Below, piece by piece: positions 26,965-64,000 of a stretch of DNA of 64,000 bases. The notes under the pieces were generated by a model. That model did no database searches and was not told where the DNA came from. It worked only from the letters and a program-made list of their open reading frames with translations. The translations under genes were made by a program, and so were the position numbers. The number at the start of each line of letters is the position of its first letter. Position 1 is the first letter of the stretch. Source of the DNA: Hormiphora californensis (taxonomy: Eukaryota > Animalia > Ctenophora); NCBI GenBank assembly GCA_020137815.1, contig CM035358.1:2232001-2296000 (forward strand), read 5' to 3'.

Positions 26965-28316
26965 ATGTCTAAGAACGTGAATAGTACCCAGTTTCGAACA
27001 GTTGATGTTGATGCGTACGATGAGGACAACTACGAAGATGAGGCCAAGGAAACTGGTGATTCAGGGGTGGCTGAGGTCACTGAGAGGGCTAACCAGGTAC
27101 GGGTTGGGGCGAGTAACTGGTGATTCAGGGGCGGCTGAGGTCACTGAGAGGGCTAACCAGGTACGGGTTGGGGCGAGTAACTGGTGATTCAGGGGCCGCT
27201 GAGGTCACTGAGAGAGCTAACCAGGTACGGGTTGGGGCGAGTAACTGGTGATTCAGGGGCTGCTGAGGTCACTGAGAGAGCTAACCAGGTACGGGTTGAG
27301 GCGAGTAACTGGTGATTCAGGGGCCGCTGAGGTCACTGAGAGAGCTAACCAGGTACGGGTTGAGGCGAGTAACTGGTGATTCAGGGGCCGCTGAGGTCAC
27401 TGAGAGGGCTAACCAGGTACGGGTTGGGGCGAGTAACTGGTGATTCAGGGGCTGCTGAGGTCACTGAGAGGGCTAACCAGGTACGGGTTGCCCATTTTAG
27501 GACGAGTAAGGAACTCGTGAAAGTTCTTAATCCATTAATTAAAGACTGCCCAATGCCCATCGGCCTGGTGAGGAGAGTTCAGTGCAGGTGTCAGATCATT
27601 TAAACCTAATATTCCCAGGTAAGGGGGCTGCTGAACCAGCTGAAAACGAAGGAGGCCCTGAAGATGGCACTCCAGAACCCACCAGTTGGTAACAAGGACG
27701 CCTCTGTAAAGGTAATTGGTAAAGTTATTAGAGTAGTTTAGCAGATCTGTATATTATATTTAATCGTAATACTTAGACCCTCATCAGACAGTATAAATAA
27801 TACGGATATATCCTTATTCTCTCTTGTACTGTACCCGAGATACAGTCTCAATGAGTCACTCACCCCAACTCCCTCCCTACCCCAGGAACAGAACTACGAG
27901 ACAGTCGTCTCTGTCCTTAAGTCCTTCAAGGCTGCCGATATTGATGGAGCTGTTGCAGATCTGGATATGGTTGAGGTGGATATCCTCATGAAATATCTCT
28001 ACAAGGGGTTCACATGTAGCCCTGATAAAGCTGCCAGCCTACTGCAATGGCACGAAAAGGTATACAATGTATTATGATAGTGGTTAGAGGGTCACACTTG
28101 AGTGAACTTGTTGTACAAACAATTCTGTCTCCTCTTCTGACCTTCACTTCTTCTCACATCTCTATAGTCTATATATTATCTTCCATCCCTCCATCTCTCT
28201 CACACCTCCATCTTGTTTTCAATCACACCTCTCTCTCATTGTTTCTCTCTCAGGTGGTAGCTAAGGGTGGACTGGGAAGCATTGTTCGCGTTATGGTGGA
28301 CCGAAAGGGAATCTAA
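26965..28316 (+). CDS. ARPC5: Arp2/3 complex subunit 5 (p16-Arc), ~153 aa; exons 26965-27096, 27619-27711, 27886-28059, 28254-28316
   Basis: MSKNVNSTQFRTVDVDAYDEDNY, ALQNPP, DILMKYLYKGF, LLQWHEK, GGLGSIVRV. Confidence 0.95.
27051..27490 (+). repeat. 64-bp minisatellite (~7 copies) spanning the ARPC5 exon 1/intron 1 junction
   Basis: AACTGGTGATTCAGGGG..CTGAGGTCACTGAGAG.GCTAACCAG|GTACGGGTTG.GGCGAGT units at 64-bp spacing. Confidence 0.92.
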
Positions 28317-28839
28317 ACTCACCAATTCTTTCTTCGGGGAGGGAAAACAAGTTTTTGAGATGTTCCTACTCTGACACTTATATTTCCACTGTATCTCTAA
28401 CCGCATTTTGTACATAAACATGCCTGTTTCGTGTGTGTGATGTGAAGGATATACTCTACAGTCCATTTTTCCACGGTGTAGCTGCTTTTTTACAAATGTA
28501 GCACAATTTGGCTTCACAGTTGTCAGTTGATATTACAACTTTTTTTTTCATTATTTTCATTTTCAAAAGACTTGTGAGTGTGTGGAAAAGGGCTGAATAT
28601 ATATTGACATGTATTGATACGTATTATAGTAGGGTTAGAAAGCGATTGTGTGAATCTGTCTGTGTGTGAGTTGTTGCTGTGTTGTAACCCATTCAATATA
28701 ATTTTGTGATTTCTAGTCAAATATTGTTTTCTTTCTGTCGTTCCTTATATCAGTGATCGACCCCTTTATTTCCCTTAGCCATTTTACCTTTTATGGTGCG
28801 ATCCCTCTAATCACATATCTATAAACCATTTAACAGACT

Positions 28840-29988
28840 ATGACATCAACAGCAGAAGATCGGGCAGCTGCTCGGGAGTTACGAAAAAGGAGGATTCTGG
28901 AGAATAAGGTAGAAGAAGAAGAAGAAGGTGGTGGAATGCTATTTTCTACAATCTGTACCCTGTGTTTTTCTATCTCACATGTTTTACAATCTGTAAGATA
29001 CTTCTATCTCACATGCCCTATAGGTGGGGAGAATGAGTGTAGTTAGGGGCGAGTACAACCAGAACAGGACCAGTAAACATAGTGATGATGAGGATGGTGA
29101 TGAGACTGGAGGTGGAGCAGAGGTGTTGAGTAAAGGTAACTGGTAAGGGGGCCAGGAGTAAAGGTGTTGGGGGCCTGGAGTAGCAATGTAAGAAAGGGGT
29201 AAAGGTAAGGGAGATGAAAGATGTGGGTAAGGATTCAACTTGGTAATAGCAGTCTCCAGTTTATAGCATCACAACAACCGACTCTAATATATTTCAGGTC
29301 TTCTAAACATGTTAAGTGGCATGCCCTGCGAGGAATACATCATGATTGAACCCTTGGAAAGTTTCTATCGGATCCCAATATTCTTCCTTTTATCCCTTGT
29401 CATTGTGACTTTAGAGCGACTGGATGTCGCACACATTGTGAGTTGATATTAGGCAGATCGAACTTTGAGAATGAATTTAGGAGAAAGGAATGCTCTCTTT
29501 GACAATCAGGAGACGTTGTTACACCCTGTTCCCCTACATAGTATCCCCCTAACTCTGATTCCATCCCAGGAGGCTACCAACCCTCTCACCCTCTCTAACC
29601 CTCTGATTCCATCCCAGGAGGCGTTGTTCCACCCCTACATTGCAATGGAGGTTGTTATAATTGCCAGTATGTATACCAAGGGATACCTATACAGAAAGGT
29701 ACAATACATTCCAATTATATGTAGTGTCCAGCCTAACACTCCCTAACACTCCCTAATATAACATGTTATAACACTCCCTAACTGCTGAACTCCCCAACAC
29801 TAACACTCCCTTAATACCCCCTCTAGATGACACCACCTGTACTATGGAGCAAGTTACTAGTGCTACTGGGATTACCAAACGAAGAGGCAATACGAATCAG
29901 CAAATACGTCATCTTCGCTTTTAATCTCTTCAAGGACTATTTAGTTGTGTATTTTGGTTATAACATAGTTAATTATTTGAATCTTTAA
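28840..29988 (+). CDS. CAMLG: CAML/GET2-like ER insertase subunit, ~187 aa; exons 28840-28908, 29024-29135, 29298-29437, 29618-29698, 29827-29988
   Basis: Basic N-terminal ARELRKRRILEN motif (Get3/TRC40-binding type), three C-terminal hydrophobic segments and LLGLP...FKDYLVVYF; exons total 564 nt in frame. Confidence 0.65.
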
Positions 29989-30545
29989 ATAAACAATATT
30001 AGCACATGTATTTGGTTTACTGTAAATTGTTGTATAATTCTTGCTCAACTTCGTTAAAAAGACAGAGACGGAGTGAGATTAACTTAATGCCTTCCCAATC
30101 CCCGATCCCGTGTATGCGTGTAGTGTGTGTGAATTTCCTGGCTTGCTGAAAGTAGTTACTCCGCGACTAGCACGGAGGCTTGTGTGATGTGTAGAAAGTT
30201 GCGCAATATTAGTTGTCAGCATAGTACTGCGCCGCGCGACGGAACATATTTCTCCCTGTACTGTCTAAACAGCACCGTGTACAAATTGTACTCGCCCCAG
30301 TACACTAGTGTAACACTTCCAGTATAGTGATGTATAGTGAGTCATAATGCCCCGCACTTCCCTTACTCAACTTTTTATGCTCTTCTTGTTAGTAAAAAGA
30401 ATGGATTTGGAGCATCAAAAAAATCACATCCCTTTATTTACACACTCTTGCCCCAATAATCAATATTGAACATCCAAAAAAAACCAAATATTCCCAGTTT
30501 TTAACCACATCTCTCTCTCTCTCTGCTATAGCGCTCAATACTATC

Positions 30546-30928
30546 ATGGAGGCCCCTACTCAAGCGCAGCTGGAGCAGCAGAGTGCTCTTCAAATGTATG
30601 CCACACAGAGGGTTCAAATGGCATGATCAGATCCTGAAAATTGGGATTTCGTGCTTTGATAAGTGCATCACTGGCGATAAGTAAGTGATGATCGACAATA
30701 AATATCGATCAGTTTGTTTTTTATTTCCTTGGCAATGAAATAATTCTGTCCCACAATTTCACCCCTTCTTTCTTTCACATGTTCACCCCATCTTTTTCCT
30801 CCAGGTTTTCAGCCAAGTTTGACAGTAGGACGGAGGCGTGTTTTAAGAATTGTGCCGAAAGATTCCTGGATACCCAATACTTTATCACTAACAGACTCGC
30901 AGAAAAAGCACAACAGGGGATGCAATAA
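30546..30928 (+). CDS. TIMM8: Small Tim chaperone Tim8; exons 30546-30680 (apparent +1 frameshift near 30611) and 30805-30928
   Basis: Twin CX3C motif: CFDKC...[14 protein letters not shown]. Confidence 0.8.
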
Positions 30929-31228
30929 TGGACTCTCTGTGTATTTTGAGATATTAGTTTTATACCAAACCTAATTTATTTGCCTAACTTTTTAAATCGC
31001 TGTTTTACAAGTTTCCTTAGTGATGCAGTCACCGCTACACTGCACTACCAGTGATGGCATCACTAACAAATTCCCTGAGCAGTGCAGATTGTTCGGTTTT
31101 CATGAAAAGTCATGGATTTAAAAGACAGGCCGCCTTCTCAGTCCTGATCAAGAATTGTGTGGGTCCTCCGTTACGTGTGTGTTTGTGTTTCACGAACGTT
31201 AATCGTAGTGTGGACACCTGGTTAATCA

Positions 31229-31295
<67 letters not shown>

Positions 31296-31318
31296 TCTTC
31301 TTCTCTCTCTCTTTCTCT

Positions 31319-31437
<119 letters not shown>

Positions 31438-31773
31438 TACACACTCGTAACACAGTCACTTTATTCACTGCCCATTGTTCATCTGTTTGTCTGTACACGC
31501 ATTATATGCGGGCTGTGTGGCTTTTGAGTAACCTTCTTCTTCTGATGTATATGCTCATCGCTATACATGATCCAGTACATTTATTGTCGTGTCACCTATC
31601 TGCTTGGCAGACCTAACTCCATTTCCTCTTGCCAAATTTGTGCCACTTGTTTCACTAAATTCATCAAACATGTGCCCAGTTGCTCTGTCATTACTCATCC
31701 ACTTTGTTACTCATGTTCAGTTCACAGCTGCAGTGTCAATGTTACTATAATGTGAGAGCTGGGCGTGTGGTGT

Positions 31774-33058
31774 ATGATATTCTGTACGTGGCCGCTGTTT
31801 TGTACCAGGTTATTCCTTTGTTTCTTGACGGTACGTAGATCGTCAAAACTGCACGGTGTCCTGCTTCTATGGCCATTGGCCATGACGCCCCAGATATCCC
31901 GATCCCGTCGGTTGGTCTGTGCTAAATCAATATACAATAGCAAACCCAGCTTGCGTAAGCTTGCTGTGCCCCTCGCCCCTACACAACTCCTCCCTTGCTC
32001 CACCCTTGCCAGACACCACTGTCACCCAAGATGACCCTTGTTCTTGGCCAGGTTGGAGCGGTGGCGGGATGCTCGTATTATAACGACAGGTTGGGGGTCT
32101 TCGAGCACTGGCACTGTGATAAGGGTCTCAACTGTTGTATTTACTATGGGGACAAGGCATGCTGTGAGGCTCAGGTATAGATCTCAATCGTCTGTTAGAT
32201 TTGTATCATCTGACCCAGTTTCATCCCTATTGGGGGTATCAGGATGGGATGATAGCATGATAAATATCTCGGGCTGAGTAGTGAGTACTAATAACTAATT
32301 TACATGATATTGTTTCAGGAGGCGTATATGAACACGGGGTACGAGGGGGGAGATGATGGGAAGGAAAACTTCTCTGATGCTCTCGCTGGATCTTTTTTAA
32401 AATAGTGAGTTATCATAATAACATGAGTTGTGGTTTAGCATTTCTCATGATTTTAGGTAGCTGGTACACCTAGTTAGTCAAGAATAAGATCAACTAAGTC
32501 AATGATTTTGTTACCTCTTTCTCCATATATTTTGAACCAACAATATCTATAATCTACTCCGTTTTCCCTCTACAACAAAACTCCGTTCCCAGTTTTGGTT
32601 CCCAGCCGGTTGTGATAAGCCTGGGTGGACTTGCACTTGTGTTCTTCGTTATCCTCTGTTGCATCCACTGCTTACCAAGAAGATGAGAGGAGGAGAGAGG
32701 ACGAGGCGATCCTACAGGCTGAGGAGATGACGAGAATTAATGAGCTGATAGCCATCCATGAAGCCATGAGTGGTATGTGTTGGTTAAATTGCCACCTTTT
32801 TGGTGTCTTTTCCACATTTTTGGAGACTTTGCCACCTATTTTCTAAGTGAATAATAACAGGTGGCAATGTCTACTCGTCTTATATTATTGCCTCTCCCAG
32901 GAGGTGCGGAGACTGCCATGTCGCCCTACTACGAACAACCCCCAGCACCACCCTATTCAGCCCCATCTGGGACATCAGGCGAGATGACAAGATTGGCAGT
33001 ACAACAACCCCCTGCATATGATAGCATTAATAAAGACCCCCCTCCTTACCGACCGTAA
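31774..33058 (+). CDS. Shisa-like/WBP1-VOPP1-type single-pass membrane protein; exons ~31774-31830, 32052-32174, 32319-32404, 32593-32773 (apparent +1 frameshift near 32671), 32901-33058
   Basis: Signal peptide, six-Cys ectodomain (C..C....CC......CC), one TM helix followed by a Cys cluster, and cytoplasmic PPPY-type/PPAY motifs. Confidence 0.6.
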
Positions 33059-33572
33059 CTGGGGGATTTAATTAAAAATGAAAGTCAGGAGTTAAATTAG
33101 TAAGGTTTTGAACAGTCAGTTTTTACAGAGCCAGAGGTCATTGGCAAAATGGGAACTGCTGGACTTGTAAAGTAGATGTACAAATATATATTTGGTAACA
33201 TAGACACCTGTGCGGGGGTCGCACCAGGTGTCTATGTTACCAAATGTACTAATATACCAGGATGTATTAGGGAAATGAACTGGTATGGTTGTCAGGCAGA
33301 AGTTTGTTGTTAGTTTTAGAATATAACTTGATTTATGTAGATAATCGTTTCGAGTTTTCAGATTCCAAATACGTGTAGAACCAAACATTCGTCTTACACG
33401 GAAAGAGGGAAATCTGCCCTACGTAACAAGGCAACCACTTACCTTAATCATGGGATATCTATAGGAGAGAGAAGAGAGAGAGAGAGAGAAGAGAGGAGAG
33501 AGAATAGAGAGCGAGAGAGAGAGGAGATAGACGAGACTAGATAGAGCGCGCGATAGCTCTATCTCGAGTCTC

Positions 33573-33620
<48 letters not shown>

Positions 33621-33783
33621 CAAATCCATTCTTCCTACCCTCTTCCTACAGCACATTATTACAGCTTGCATTTTCGAGGTTTCGTTCTCCTCCACTGCTG
33701 GATGAACTGCTGGAACTGTGCTAGTGTGCTGTTTAAACGGATTAACAACAACACTCAGTTTGGTACAACTCTCTTGTAACGAT

Positions 33784-41679
<7,896 letters not shown>

Positions 41680-42757
41680 AGTGAGAGGTGCACTGCACTT
41701 TCATGACTGAAGCAGGAGAGATATTGCCATGCTATGCAGTTTGTTGTTCGAGCGGTGTGAGAGCCGACAGAATGGGACATGTCAAGAGAGATACTGTTTA
41801 GAAATAAAAGGGGGAGTGCCCCCTGTACGCGAAGAAACAATCATGTATGACAGAGTATTTGACGAATACCAGGCCCTGGGGAAGAACAGATAAAAGTGTC
41901 GTTTTATTTCTTTAATTGATATACATTTTGTGAACGAAAACCAACAATTTAAATCAAAATGTATCGTGTATTTCAAAGTACAAGTACAATTGCAAGTACA
42001 ATTGCAAGTGGGGATACTAAATACTTATCTTAAGTACTTCACTCCTTCACACCTCCCAGGAGTGGAACGCGAACGCAGAGGGGCCAACTTCACGCCGTGC
42101 CCATGTGTGTTGATGTAGGGAGCATTTATCTCTTCTTTACTCTGCCGAACCGGTCTGCGCGCGCGCGTTCTTACGTTACTCAGCTCGACCGAAATTTTAC
42201 GAACTCGGCGTGATTTTTGTGTAAAGTTTCGCAAAACGGCTCTGCAAAGCGTGCGGTGGTATTTATATTGGCGGTTGGCCGACGGCCGGCGCTTCATCCT
42301 GCCAACGACTCTCATGGTTTTAAATAAGAGTTAACGTGATTAACTCTAAAAATATGGCTTCTCATCAGCTGCTAATGCAAATCGGTGCTGACCGATCACC
42401 GACGGCCGTCCGCCGTTGGCCCGTTGTGATAGTTTTTACGATTGCAAGAAAGTTATAAAACTATATGTACAATGTACATTTGATTTAGTTATGTAGTTAC
42501 ATTTTCTGAGTCACAGTCACACCCATCAGGACAACAGAATTTTTTTTTCGGAAGGAATTCCCTACAAATTTGTCTGAACTAACTACTTAATAACTTTCAA
42601 TGCGTTTCACAAAATACAATTTCAAAATTGGCAAAAATTTGAAAGTTGGAAAGGCAGAATCCGAGACTCCAGGACCGAATGCACAATCATACTAACACAA
42701 CGATTTTCTGGCGTTGCATTTCAAGCTCAAACTAACTTGTCCACTACATTCTAGCTA

Positions 42758-62839
<20,082 letters not shown>

Positions 62840-63768
62840 GTAAGTTTTAGGAAGTCCAATAGTTTGTCTGTATTTTCTCACCACAAAACAGTTTCTTCCC
62901 CTATTACCTACCCCCCCCCCCTTCCAACACTCCGCCCCTCACTCTATAAACCTCACACTGTTTGTCTGGGGGATAATCCGGACCACATTTTCCAATTAAT
63001 CACCTACCACCCACCGTCTGGAAGGTCTATCGACATGTTGGGTTGTCTGTCTGCGGTGTGGTTAATACACAGTGTGGCCAATGATTCTTCGGGTGAGAGA
63101 GATAGGGCCAGGGTGAGATAGGGTGAGATAGATAGAGAGATAGGGTGAGAGAAGGGGATGAGAGCTAGCTTTGTCTGGCTGAATATGTTTATTTTATTAT
63201 GGCCATTATGCATTTTGTAGGGAGAGCGAGAGAGCGAGCATGAGAGAGACGATACAAGATTTATAAAAAAACAGGGAGGATGTATGTTTGTCATGAACAG
63301 TGTATGTCTTTTTCCTGTGGTTTGGATCTCGAGAGCTGGCAATCAACTTCTCCTAGACGGCGCCATCATTAACTATCCACTATCTCTATCATATTCTCTC
63401 CCCCTCTCTCTCACAAATACTTAGCGGGTGGTTGCTATAGTAGCCTTGATCCTAAGTAACGCCCAAGTAATTACCCTACCTACAGTAGGATAACCACGAC
63501 TCACGTTTGCATTTTATCAACAATATCAAACAAACAACAATATCTTCAGCTATTATAGCAGCTTGCTGAGCTTGCTATATTACATTCTTTTTGTAATAAA
63601 GTTTATCCCCCTAGTAAACGCAACCAGTTCATTTCACTGCAATGTTAATAGTCCCTCAATCCTTTTATTTAGCCGTCTAATTCTCAATTCTATCACACTT
63701 TATAGTTACCCCTATCACTATTTCTCTCCCCCTTCGTTTAGAACATTCCAGTTGAAATGAAGAACATT

Positions 63769-64000
63769 ATCACTGCGCTGGCAAGCGCAAAGGTTGCCAT
63801 TCCCCCCCCCCCAAAAAGCGCTGCCAGAAACGCAGTTATACGTTTTATGGGTGTTTGGCTGAAAAAGCCGGATTTCAAAAGGCTATAGCGTGGCTCTCTT
63901 TCATTGGTTTGACTTGAAATTTGGAATGAATACCCGGCTTGGGGTCTTTGACTCATGTTAAAAATTTGAAGTCTCTATCTCATCTGGGTCCGAAGTTACA
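63769..64000 (-). mobile_element. Third copy of the Helentron-like element, cut by the window edge
   Basis: Starts ATCACTGCGCTGGCAAGCGCAAAGGTTGCC, as at 8698 and 9784. Confidence 0.7.

Overview
Intron-rich animal genomic DNA. The repeat families and an SL-like motif suggest a ctenophore, probably Pleurobrachia; this is inferred, not verified. The minus strand carries PSMB6, a 12-exon AGO-clade Argonaute with a degenerate slicer tetrad (D-F-D-R) and a GC-AG intron, and an intron-poor 2OG-Fe(II) dioxygenase. Two CRE-clade RT/RLE non-LTR retrotransposons sit head-to-head at 13.1-19.8 kb. One is disabled; the other is intact, has a PHD finger and is nested in a TTAA-flanked MITE. Each has a readable TSD, and each begins with the same 12-mer AATTAATTTGAG, which matches my recollection of the 3' end of the ctenophore spliced leader. 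This is the best candidate for an undescribed system: retrotransposons whose 5' end is made by SL trans-splicing. A compact plus-strand run follows: C2H2 ZnF, TMEM33, ARPC5, CAML/GET2-like, TIM8, a Shisa-like PY protein, a DEG/ENaC channel with a nested antisense GPCR, and a long unidentified gene. Non-autonomous elements include Transib (CACAGTG ends, 5-bp TSD), MULE, hAT, Tc1/mariner foldbacks, a tandem Helentron-like dimer, an L2 fragment and tRNA-derived SINEs. Several frameshifts and two degraded duplicate blocks look like sequencing or assembly errors. All exon models were read by eye.
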